Shown in pieces: positions 36,828 to 44,792 of a DNA stretch of 64,000 nucleotides. A model generated the notes under the pieces. That model saw only the letters and a program-made list of their open reading frames with translations, was not told the origin of the DNA and did not search any database. How positions within the stretch are numbered: the stretch's first letter is position 1; each line of letters begins with the position of its first letter. Location: NCBI GenBank assembly GCA_002790195.1, contig PFUR01000086.1, positions 135-64,134 on the forward strand, read 5' to 3'. This stretch comes from Flavobacteriales bacterium CG_4_9_14_3_um_filter_40_17. GTDB lineage: Bacteria; Bacteroidota; Bacteroidia; Flavobacteriales; Flavobacteriaceae. The position numbers and the translations under genes were made by a program.

Positions 36828-37739
36828 ATGATGAATTTGACCATACTCGGTTGCTATGCTGCCACACCGAGAACATTTACCAACCCGACCTCACAAGTGC
36901 TCGAAATAAAAAACCACCTTTTTCTGATAGATTGCGGTGAAGGAACACAAGTGCAACTAAGAAAAAGCAAAATCAAATTCTCTAGGATAAAACACATTTT
37001 TATTTCTCATTTGCACGGCGACCATTTCTATGGTTTGATTGGTTTGATATCTACTTTTCGCTTGCTCAACCGAACGCAGGAATTGCATATTTTCGGTCCG
37101 GTAGGCATCAAAGAAATCATTTTGTTGCAACTTAAATATGCCGATTCGTGGACGAACTTCTCGCTTGTTTTTCATGAACTTGTTTCCAAAGAATCCGAAT
37201 TGATTTTGGATGAAGAAAATCTCACAGTAACTACCATTCCCTTGAATCATCGAATTTACACCAACGGTTTTCTGTTTCGGGAAAAATTAGGGCAACGAAG
37301 GATCAACATAGATGAAGTCGGAAAGCATGAAATCGAAATTTGCGATTATCAAAATCTCAAGAACGGCAAAGATTATCTAACCGGGCAAAACAAAATCATC
37401 CCCAATCAACGGTTGACTTTTGACCCGCCCAATCCGAAATCCTATGCTTATTGCAGCGACACGGTTTTCAATCCGGGGATTACTTCACAGATAAAAGGAG
37501 TCGATGTGCTTTATCATGAAGCGACATTTTTAGATGAGCATCAAAAACTAGCGGCTCCCACCAAACACAGTACGGCCAAACAGGCGGCAGAAATTGCTCG
37601 GCAAGCAAAAGTAGGTAAGCTTGTTTTGGGTCATTATTCCACCCGTTATGGTAGCATCCAACCATTTTTGGAAGAGGCACAGTCAATTTTTGAGCAAACA
37701 CTTTTGGCAGATGATGGCAAAGTTTTTTGTTTTGATTAA
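36828..37739 (+). CDS. rnz: Ribonuclease Z (metallo-beta-lactamase fold tRNA 3' endonuclease)
   Basis: MMNLTILGCYAATPR..LFLIDCGEGTQVQL..IFISHLHGDHFYGLIGLIST..HEATF..HSTAKQAAEIA..LVLGHYSTRY. Confidence 0.85.
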   Translation: MMNLTILGCYAATPRTFTNPTSQVLEIKNHLFLIDCGEGTQVQLRKSKIKFSRIKHIFISHLHGDHFYGLIGLISTFRLLNRTQELHIFGPVGIKEIILLQLKYADSWTNFSLVFHELVSKESELILDEENLTVTTIPLNHRIYTNGFLFREKLGQRRINIDEVGKHEIEICDYQNLKNGKDYLTGQNKIIPNQRLTFDPPNPKSYAYCSDTVFNPGITSQIKGVDVLYHEATFLDEHQKLAAPTKHSTAKQAAEIARQAKVGKLVLGHYSTRYGSIQPFLEEAQSIFEQTLLADDGKVFCFD

Positions 37740-37790
37740 ACATTTATAACTAAGATTCAAAAAATAGTAAATTGCACCTTAAAAGAAAAG

Positions 37791-38435
37791 ATGGAAAAAG
37801 ACCTGAGCAATTATCGCAAAATCTATTCACAAAAGATACTTTCTGAAAAAGATATTACGGACAACCCCATGCAACTTTTTCAGGAATGGTTTTTGGAAGC
37901 TGAATCATCCGAAACAGTCGATGAGGCTAATGCCATGACACTTTCTACACTTGGTTTGGACGGCTTTCCGAAAGCAAGAGTGGTATTGCTGAAACGATAT
38001 ACCTACGAAGGATTTATCTTTTTTACCAATTACGACAGCGAAAAAGGCAAAGCCATCGCGGCCAATCCAAATGTCTGTTGCTCCTTTTTTTGGGCTGGTT
38101 TGGAAAGACAAATTATCATCAAAGGAAAAGCTGAAAAAATAGCAGACAATTTATCTGACGGATATTTCGAGTCTCGTCCTTTGGGTAGCCGGTTGGGTGC
38201 GATTGTATCCCCACAAAGCGAAGTAATTCCCAACAGAGAATATCTAGAGGAAAAGCTGCATACACTCGAAAAAGAATTTGAATCGAAACAACCCGAACGC
38301 CCTAAATTTTGGGGTGGATATTTGGTCAGGCCACAAGAAATCGAATTTTGGCAAGGCCGCCCCAATCGCTTGCACGACCGCATCCGGTTTCGATTGGCAG
38401 ATATGGATTGGATAATGGAACGGTTGGCACCCTGA
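37791..38435 (+). CDS. pdxH: Pyridoxamine 5'-phosphate oxidase
   Basis: 214 aa. RVVLLKRYTYEGFIFFTNYDSEKGK, ERQIIIKGKAEKI, YFESRPLGSRLGAIVSPQS, FWGGYLVRPQEIEFWQGRPNRLHDRIRF. Confidence 0.95.
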   Translation: MEKDLSNYRKIYSQKILSEKDITDNPMQLFQEWFLEAESSETVDEANAMTLSTLGLDGFPKARVVLLKRYTYEGFIFFTNYDSEKGKAIAANPNVCCSFFWAGLERQIIIKGKAEKIADNLSDGYFESRPLGSRLGAIVSPQSEVIPNREYLEEKLHTLEKEFESKQPERPKFWGGYLVRPQEIEFWQGRPNRLHDRIRFRLADMDWIMERLAP

Positions 38436-38487
38436 TAAATGCTGATTTGAAGATTTGAAGATTGAAAGAATTTTGTCTATTAAACCT

Positions 38488-38517
38488 ACATTTTCAAATT
38501 AGCACATTTTCAAATTA
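38488..38517. repeat. Two 14-nt direct repeats (ACATTTTCAAATTA) 16 nt apart in the pdxH / GMC intergenic region
   Basis: Exact copies at 38488-38501 and 38504-38517. Their core TTCAAAT is the complement of ATTTGAA, which occurs twice in the tandem GATTTGAA units at 38444-38459. Confidence 0.6.
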
Positions 38518-38614
38518 ATTTCTGATAATATTTTATTGCATTTTGAAAATATAATATTAGGACCGTTTCCCTAAAATTAAATTATCTTTAAACCTCAAAC
38601 AAAACCTATTATTC

Positions 38615-40357
38615 ATGAGTTTTCAAATCAAAGAACAACCCAATCTATATGATGTGATTATTGTTGGCTCCGGTGCTGGTGGAGGCATGGCTGCAAAGAT
38701 ATTGTCTGAAGCAGGGCTTTCCATCGCGGTAGTAGAAGCCGGTGGCGATTTTGATCCCGCAAAAGAAGAAGACAGGACTCAATTGAGATGGCCGTGGGAA
38801 TCTCCCAGGCGGGGAGCCGGGACACGCATCCGGCCTTTTGGTGATTTTGATGCAGCCATTGGCGGTTGGGACATAGAAGGAGAACCTTACACAGTCGCAG
38901 AAGGAAGCAGTTTCGATTGGTTTCGTTCGCGCATGGTGGGCGGAAGGACCAACCACTGGGGACGCATTTCACTCCGGTTTGGTCCCAATGACTTTAAGAG
39001 AGGCGATATAGATGGATTGGGAGAAAGTTGGCCTATTGGTTATGAAGATGTAAAACCTTATTACGATAAGGTCGATAAATTAATCGGCGTTTTTGGTTCA
39101 AAAGAGGGAATCTACAACGAACCGGACGGATTGTTTTTACCGCCTCCAAAACCTCGGCTACACGAGATGATGCTTAAAAGGGGAACGGATAAAATGAACA
39201 TCCCTGTCATCCCTTCCAGATTATCCATTTTGACCAAAAGAATTAACAATGAAAGAGGTGTTTGTTTCTTTTGTAGCCAATGCAACCGAGCTTGCCAAAT
39301 ATATGCAGACTTTTCTTCAGGGACTTGCCTAATTAAACCCGCTCAGAAAAACGGAAAGGTAGATTTATATACCTATGCGATGGTACGTAAAGTAACCACA
39401 GATTCTGAAGGACTGGCGACCGGTGTTTCCTTTATCAGTAAAATAGATATGAAAGAACATAAGCTGACGGCGAAAGTTGTGGTTTTGGGAGCTTCCGCTT
39501 GCGAATCAGCTCGCATCATGCTCAATTCAAAATCCTCTCAGCACCCCAATGGACTCGCAAATGGAAGCGGAGTTGTCGGACATTATTTACATGATTCTAC
39601 CGGAACTGGAAGAGCTGCCATCATGCCCGCTTTGCAGAATCGAGATCGTTACAATGAAGATGGTGTAGGCGGCATGCACGTTTACACACCTTGGTGGCTC
39701 GACAATAAAAAACTCAATTTTGCTAGAGGTTATCACATCGAATATTGGGGTGGAATGGGGATGCCAAGCTATGGCACCGGATTTGGAATGGACACCATGC
39801 GTCAATACATCAAAGATGAATTTGGAAATGTAGGCACAAACGGAGGCTACGGGCCGGGCCTTAAGAAAGATATCAGAAGTTATTTTGGCTCCATGGTTGG
39901 TATGTCCGGTCGGGGAGAAAGCATACCGAAGTATGAAAATTTTTGTGAAATAGACCCAAATACTTTCGATAAATTTGGAATACCGGTGCTCAAATTTCAC
40001 TACAAATGGACTGAACAGGAAGTTAATCAAGCCAAACACATGCACGATACCTTTGAAGAAATATTGACTAAATCGGGTGCTATTTTGCTTGGTAGTAAAC
40101 CTGGAAAAGATACACAATATGGACTTCAGGCTCCCGGAAGGATTATTCACGAAGTTGGAACCATTCGCATGGGTAATGATCCCAAAAAATCAGCACTCAA
40201 CAGCAATTGCCAAGCACACGAATGTAAAAACTTGTTTGTGGTAGATGGCGGTTCTTTTGTTTCCCAAGCGGATAAAAACCCAACTTGGACCATCATGGCA
40301 CTGGCATGGAGAACTTCTGAATACATTATTAAAGAACTTTCACAAAAAAATATTTAA
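38615..40357 (+). CDS. GMC-family FAD-dependent oxidoreductase (sugar/polyol dehydrogenase flavoprotein subunit)
   Basis: 580 aa. N-terminal Rossmann motif YDVIIVGSGAGGGMAAKIL. GMC C-terminal region (HEVGTIRMGNDPKKSALNSNCQAHECKNLFVVDGGSF). No signal peptide. Confidence 0.85.
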   Translation: MSFQIKEQPNLYDVIIVGSGAGGGMAAKILSEAGLSIAVVEAGGDFDPAKEEDRTQLRWPWESPRRGAGTRIRPFGDFDAAIGGWDIEGEPYTVAEGSSFDWFRSRMVGGRTNHWGRISLRFGPNDFKRGDIDGLGESWPIGYEDVKPYYDKVDKLIGVFGSKEGIYNEPDGLFLPPPKPRLHEMMLKRGTDKMNIPVIPSRLSILTKRINNERGVCFFCSQCNRACQIYADFSSGTCLIKPAQKNGKVDLYTYAMVRKVTTDSEGLATGVSFISKIDMKEHKLTAKVVVLGASACESARIMLNSKSSQHPNGLANGSGVVGHYLHDSTGTGRAAIMPALQNRDRYNEDGVGGMHVYTPWWLDNKKLNFARGYHIEYWGGMGMPSYGTGFGMDTMRQYIKDEFGNVGTNGGYGPGLKKDIRSYFGSMVGMSGRGESIPKYENFCEIDPNTFDKFGIPVLKFHYKWTEQEVNQAKHMHDTFEEILTKSGAILLGSKPGKDTQYGLQAPGRIIHEVGTIRMGNDPKKSALNSNCQAHECKNLFVVDGGSFVSQADKNPTWTIMALAWRTSEYIIKELSQKNI

Positions 40358-40367
40358 ACCGAACGTC

Positions 40368-41072
40368 ATGGATAGAAGAGAAAATCTAAAATTGATTATG
40401 GCCGGCACCTTGGCCAGCAGTTTGGTCTGGACTGGCTGTTCGACAGAAACGAAGGTAGTACAAGCTCCCGTCAAGGCTTACATACCTCCTTATGCTCGAA
40501 CAGACGAAGAATTGAAAATATTGAGAGAAATCGATGAGTTTACTTTTTTCAATGAATTTGAACTAGCCAAACTAAACGTTTTAATTGACATCATCATACC
40601 TTCTGATGAGAATTCTGTCGGCGCAAAAGAAGCAGGTGTGATTGATTTTTTGGAATTTATCATGAAAGACCAACCGGACAATCAAACCTTGATGCGCGGC
40701 GGATTGATATGGCTCGATTTTACCGCAGATGAAGCTTTTGGAAAATATTTCTTAGAAATAACTTCTGAAAATCAGAAACAAATCCTTGATTTAATAGCTT
40801 ATCCTGACACGGCTGAACCCCGATTTCAAAATGCAGTTTTGTTTTTCAACTTACTCAGAAACCTCACAGCAACCGGATATTTTACTTCTCAGGCCGGACT
40901 TACTTATTTGGGGTATAGAGGAAATACACCCAACGTTTGGAATGGTGTTCCACAAGAAGTGATGGAAAAACATGGAGTTTCCCTCGATTCAAAATACCTT
41001 GAGGTCTATCTAAAACCTGAAGAACGCGACATAACAGCGCAATGGGATGATAATGGCAATTTGATTACCTGA
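40368..41072 (+). CDS. Gluconate 2-dehydrogenase subunit 3-like small subunit with a twin-arginine signal
   Basis: Start MDRRENLKLIMAGTLASSLVWTGCS (RR-x-x-LK TAT-like motif). The LIDIIIPSDENSVGAKEAGVIDFLEFIM motif is typical of this family. It starts 11 nt after the GMC stop. The track's longer ORF (40245) overlaps the GMC gene. Confidence 0.75.
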   Translation: MDRRENLKLIMAGTLASSLVWTGCSTETKVVQAPVKAYIPPYARTDEELKILREIDEFTFFNEFELAKLNVLIDIIIPSDENSVGAKEAGVIDFLEFIMKDQPDNQTLMRGGLIWLDFTADEAFGKYFLEITSENQKQILDLIAYPDTAEPRFQNAVLFFNLLRNLTATGYFTSQAGLTYLGYRGNTPNVWNGVPQEVMEKHGVSLDSKYLEVYLKPEERDITAQWDDNGNLIT

Positions 41073-41202
41073 TACTTTGTTTCACATAGAGTTCAATTTT
41101 ATAAGCATTTTTTACAAGAAACTAAAAATAGAAAACCAATCAAGCTGATTATATTTTTATATGGCAAAATATAAATGAGGCATTTATCCTTTTAACTCAA
41201 GT

Positions 41203-41628
41203 ATGAATTTAAGTAAAACAACTTTTACCGCTGTCGCTATATCCTTAATTTTATCGTCCTGCATACATATTTCGGCAAAAGTGGATGAGCATTCCACTAT
41301 CGAACAAAATCAAAAAAATATGGAAAACCCGTTCATCCATCATGTGTATTTTTACTTGAAAAACCCGGACAGTTTGGAAGACCGAGACAAGCTCGTGGAA
41401 GGTTTGGAAAAACTTTCTAAAGTGTCAACAATTCAGCAACATTATATTGGGTTTCCGGCTTCAACCGACCGTCCGGTTATTAAAAAAAAATACGCTGTCA
41501 GCTGGATGTGTATGTTTAACAACATGGAAGATGAGGAGCAATACCAACAAGACCCAATTCACCTAAAATTTATCGAAGATTATGGCCATCTTTGGACAAA
41601 AGTGGTGGTTTATGATTCGGTTAAATAG
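41203..41628 (+). CDS. Dabb (stress-responsive alpha/beta-barrel) domain protein with an N-terminal lipoprotein-like signal
   Basis: 141 aa with signal AVAISLILSSC. The Dabb-like core is HHVYFYLKNPDS..LVEGLEKLSKV..YAVSWMCMFNNMEDEEQYQQDPIHLKFIE..VVVYD. Confidence 0.7.
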   Translation: MNLSKTTFTAVAISLILSSCIHISAKVDEHSTIEQNQKNMENPFIHHVYFYLKNPDSLEDRDKLVEGLEKLSKVSTIQQHYIGFPASTDRPVIKKKYAVSWMCMFNNMEDEEQYQQDPIHLKFIEDYGHLWTKVVVYDSVK

Positions 41629-41645
41629 CAATAATCAAACGGTTT

Positions 41646-41843
41646 TTATTTTTTTAATTTCTCTTTGATAGACTTTGAAATCAGAAAAATAAAAATTAAT
41701 ACAATGGCACAAAGCGAAACCAATGTCCCACCGATGGCGATGGTGCTGTCGTTTCCAAATGGATTTTCAAAATTTATTTGAATAAAATTAAAAATGGCTA
41801 ACGCCAAAGCGGCCAATATCAACAAATACCAAACTACCTTCAT
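41646..41843 (-). CDS. Small two-TM membrane protein, hypothetical
   Basis: 65-aa ORF with two clear hydrophobic helices and a basic tail (KSIKEKLKK). No homology recognised. Confidence 0.4.
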   Translation of the reverse strand: MKVVWYLLILAALALAIFNFIQINFENPFGNDSTIAIGGTLVSLCAIVLIFIFLISKSIKEKLKK

Positions 41844-41896
41844 TTTTAATTGGGTTAATTATTTAAAATTTTGTTGTGTATATTCGGTAAATTGTT

Positions 41897-42469
41897 TTAA
41901 ATCAGCCCTTTGATGTTGGTTGTAAACAATTTTACAGCAATAGCAAGCAGAATGATTCCAAATACTTTTCGAATTACATTGATACCAGATTTCCCAAACA
42001 ACCTTTCGATTTTTGCGGAAGATTTCAGCACAAGATAGACAAAAACAATGTTGATAACAATAGCGATGACGATATTGATAGTTTGAAATTCAGCACGCAA
42101 CGACAAGATAGATGTCATGGTGCCGGCTCCAGCTATGAGGGGAAACGCGATTGGCACTATCGAAGCCGTTTCCGGTTGTTCATCCCTGTAGAACGTAATG
42201 CCTAAAATCATTTCCAAGGCAAGAAAAAAAATAATCAGCGAGCCGGCCACCGCAAAAGAGTTGATGTCTATTCCGATGAGTTTTAAAATTTCTTCCCCGA
42301 CGAACATAAACAAAATCATGATGATGGCAGCGACCAAAGAGGCTTTTTCGGACTGTATGTGGCCGACCTTTTTGCGCAAATCTATGATGATTGGGATGCT
42401 TCCGATGATATCTATCACAGCAAAAAGAACCATGGTTGCCGTGACAATCTCTCTAAAATTTAGCTTCAT
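41897..42469 (-). CDS. MarC-family (UPF0056) integral membrane protein
   Basis: 190 aa, six TM. The N-terminus (FAVIDIIGSIPII) and IVPIAFPLIAGAGTMTS are characteristic of MarC family proteins. Confidence 0.8.
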   Translation of the reverse strand: MKLNFREIVTATMVLFAVIDIIGSIPIIIDLRKKVGHIQSEKASLVAAIIMILFMFVGEEILKLIGIDINSFAVAGSLIIFFLALEMILGITFYRDEQPETASIVPIAFPLIAGAGTMTSILSLRAEFQTINIVIAIVINIVFVYLVLKSSAKIERLFGKSGINVIRKVFGIILLAIAVKLFTTNIKGLI

Positions 42470-42629
42470 TTATTTTTTTTTGCAAAGGTACTATTCTGCG
42501 AATAATTTTTCGGATTAAGGGTTGATTAATTCTTTTAATTTCAATTAATCTAAAATGGAAGTCTTCAAAATTGAACTTTTTGAAGATTTAATAATCATAG
42601 TAGAAAAAGACCAGGGAGGTAAAAGTTTG

Positions 42630-43508
42630 TTATTTCAAAATCAATTTCAACTCATTGCGATATGTAGACGGATTGCGTCCGGTAAATCCTTTGAATAGTT
42701 TATTGAAATGCGAAAAGTTGTTGAAACCACTTTCATAGCAAATCTCAGTAATACTCGATGGTTTTTCGGCTAACAATTTGGAAGCATGCACCAACCGATA
42801 TTCATTGACAAATTGTGTAAATGTTTTCCCGGTAATTTTTTTGAAATAGCGGCAAAAAGCGGGAATGGTCATGCTGACCAACGAAGATATTTCTTCGAGC
42901 GTGATGGATCGGCTGAAGTTTTCTCGAACAAACCCAAACACCATATCGATGCGCTGATTGTCTTGCGGCTCAACTTCGAGCACAAAACCTTGTGCATTCA
43001 AAATCGTGTATTCGTCCGATTCGTCGAGCTCCTTAAAGATTTGCAACAAACGGATTAGACGTTCAAAATAGCTGTATTGTCCGAGTTTTTCAATCCTGGC
43101 ACCGACAGATTTTTTTGTTTCGCCGTGAAAGACGACACCCATTTTAGCTCGTTCCAGCAGTTTCCGGATGCCCGACATTTCGGGAACTGTTAAAAAACCT
43201 TCTCCCAAAAAATCTTCCCGAAACTGTATGATGGTTTCACTTTCGTTGCCGGTCAAACGGTCGGTGAAGCCGTAGTGTGGCAGATTAGAACCAATGAGTA
43301 TCAAATCGCCGTTGCGGTAGAACGAGACATGGCTGCCAACTAATCTTTTTCCCATTCCACCATTGACACAGACCAGCTCAACTTCGGGATGGAAATGCCA
43401 CTGTGGATCTTTGTTTTGCGATTGTTCGGCATATTGTTTAAACATTATCGAGCTACCAAATGGCGGCGATATCTTTTCTAACGAAGGTTTTAGATTACTT
43501 AATGTCAT
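42630..43508 (-). CDS. AraC-family transcriptional regulator (N-terminal cupin-like sensor, C-terminal HTH)
   Basis: 292 aa. Cupin-like WHFHPEVELVCVNGG..LILIGSNLPHY. AraC HTH region ITLEEISSLVSMTIPAFCRYFKKITGKTFTQFVNEYRLVHASKLL..ITEICYESGFNNFSHFNKLFKGFTGRNPSTYR. Confidence 0.9.
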   Translation of the reverse strand: MTLSNLKPSLEKISPPFGSSIMFKQYAEQSQNKDPQWHFHPEVELVCVNGGMGKRLVGSHVSFYRNGDLILIGSNLPHYGFTDRLTGNESETIIQFREDFLGEGFLTVPEMSGIRKLLERAKMGVVFHGETKKSVGARIEKLGQYSYFERLIRLLQIFKELDESDEYTILNAQGFVLEVEPQDNQRIDMVFGFVRENFSRSITLEEISSLVSMTIPAFCRYFKKITGKTFTQFVNEYRLVHASKLLAEKPSSITEICYESGFNNFSHFNKLFKGFTGRNPSTYRNELKLILK

Positions 43509-43566
43509 GGTTTACAACAATTTTTAAACAAAAATATGTTAAATAGTGATATCTAATTAGGTTTTG

Positions 43567-43596
43567 ATTAACTATAATGTGTGTAAAATTAACTAT
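43567..43596. repeat. Direct repeat ATTAACTAT x2 with 21-bp periodicity in the AraC / hypothetical divergent promoter region
   Basis: Exact 9-mers at 43567-43575 and 43588-43596, two helical turns apart. They lie between the divergent starts at 43508 (-) and 43713 (+). Confidence 0.5.
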
Positions 43597-43712
43597 TTAA
43601 TTTTAAATATCAATTTTTGAAGGTAAAATAATGTATAAATCAGAAAATTAATGAGGATTTACCTCAACGAAGACCTTCTATCTTTGCTTAAAATCTTTTA
43701 AAATTCAATGCT

Positions 43713-44306
43713 ATGAAAAAAGACATCAAGTATTATTTAAGTGTAATTGCCCTTTTGGGGGTAATGCAAATTTCTGCCAACGAAAGAGTAAAACTGGTAA
43801 ACGATGGAAGCATCCGTGCTAAAACCATCCGTTTGAGTGCTTCGTTGCTGCAGCCATTTTCTAAAATGAAGATTGTGGATGATTTCGGAGTGGTTCTTTA
43901 TGAAGAAACACTCGGCCGCAATTTAGAAATTGGCAAGCAATTTAATTTAAGTAAACTGCCTACCGGCAATTATTTTATAGAGATGGATGCCGCGGTCAAA
44001 CAAGTGGTTATCCCGCTTCAAGTAACTGAGCAGGAAGCTGTTTTGAAGATGGATTTCAAAACAGAAATTTACAAGCCGTTTATGAAGATTAGCGGTACTT
44101 CTTTACAACTAATGGTTTTCAATCCGGATAAAAACCCGATTACCGTAGCTATTTATAATCAATTAGGCCAATTGTTGTTTGAAGAAACGGTAACAGAGCA
44201 GATCGAACTGAAACGAAGCTACAATTTTTCTAAAGTAGAAAGTGGGGATTATTCCCTTCAAGTTAAAAAAAACGGTAAAGTATATAGCTTTCCATATCAA
44301 GGTTAA
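43713..44306 (+). CDS. Secreted hypothetical protein built from two tandem beta-sandwich-like repeats (T9SS-CTD-like sequence pattern)
   Basis: 197 aa with signal MKKDIKYYLSVIALLGVMQISA. Two internally similar halves: KIVDDFGVVLYEETL..FNLSKLPTGNYFIEMD and AIYNQLGQLLFEETV..YNFSKVESGDYSLQVK. Confidence 0.6.
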   Translation: MKKDIKYYLSVIALLGVMQISANERVKLVNDGSIRAKTIRLSASLLQPFSKMKIVDDFGVVLYEETLGRNLEIGKQFNLSKLPTGNYFIEMDAAVKQVVIPLQVTEQEAVLKMDFKTEIYKPFMKISGTSLQLMVFNPDKNPITVAIYNQLGQLLFEETVTEQIELKRSYNFSKVESGDYSLQVKKNGKVYSFPYQG

Positions 44307-44338
44307 ATTGGTTGATTAATTGGTTTGTTTGTTTGTAA

Positions 44339-44364
44339 GGAGCGCCCGGAAGGGCGCTTTTTTA
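44339..44364 (+). terminator. Intrinsic terminator after 43713..44306
   Basis: agcgccc (44341-44347) pairs with gggcgct (44352-44358) across a GGAA tetraloop, followed by a T-run. Confidence 0.85.
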
Positions 44365-44390
44365 TGTGGTTTGGTTATCTGTTTTCTATT

Positions 44391-44746
44391 TCAGGTTATC
44401 AAACTCAATATTGCCAAAAGTACCAGCAATGCTTGTATAAAAAATATTTTCTTGCTGACGGTAAAAGCAGCATAAATACCCGCGACAGTCACGCAACTCA
44501 AAAACAAAACGGCAGTTTTTACCTTCCAATTTTCGTCTGAAATAAAAATATCCAAATAAGCCCGGCGGTCAAAAAACCGTTGTACAATCCTTGGTTAGCA
44601 GCAAGCGTCTTGGTGGTTTTAAACAATTCGGTTGGTAGGTTTTTAAAAGTTTTTTTTCCTGCCGTCGTCTCCCAGGCAAACATTTCCAACCATTACAAAA
44701 ACAAGTGTTCAAAAGCTATCAAACCAATAAAAAATTTTGTTACCAT
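44391..44746 (-). pseudogene. DUF1304-family membrane protein gene disrupted by an in-frame TAA and a frameshift
   Basis: Hand translation of the minus strand. It begins ATG at 44746: MVTKFFIGLIAFEHLFL, then TAA at 44693-44695. The same frame continues WLEMFAWETTAGKKTFKNLPTELFKTTKTLAANQGLYNGFLTAGLIWIF.. to TAA at 44519-44521. The family-like continuation IFISDENWKVKTAVLFLSCVTVAGIYAAFTVSKKIFFIQALLVLLAILSLIT* is in another frame and ends at TGA 44391-44393. The span is 356 nt, not a multiple of 3. NQGLYNG and CVxVAGxYGA-type motifs match my recollection of DUF1304. Confidence 0.75.
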
Positions 44747-44792
44747 TTCCATTCATGTCAAATAAAAAAGTAAAATCAAAACAATAACTAAC

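Noticed and set aside
44325-44765. Plus-strand ORFs 44325..44540 (71 aa) and 44580..44765 (61 aa)
   Set aside because: They lie antisense to the recognisable DUF1304 pseudogene. The first also begins inside the terminator hairpin of the upstream gene. Both are spurious.
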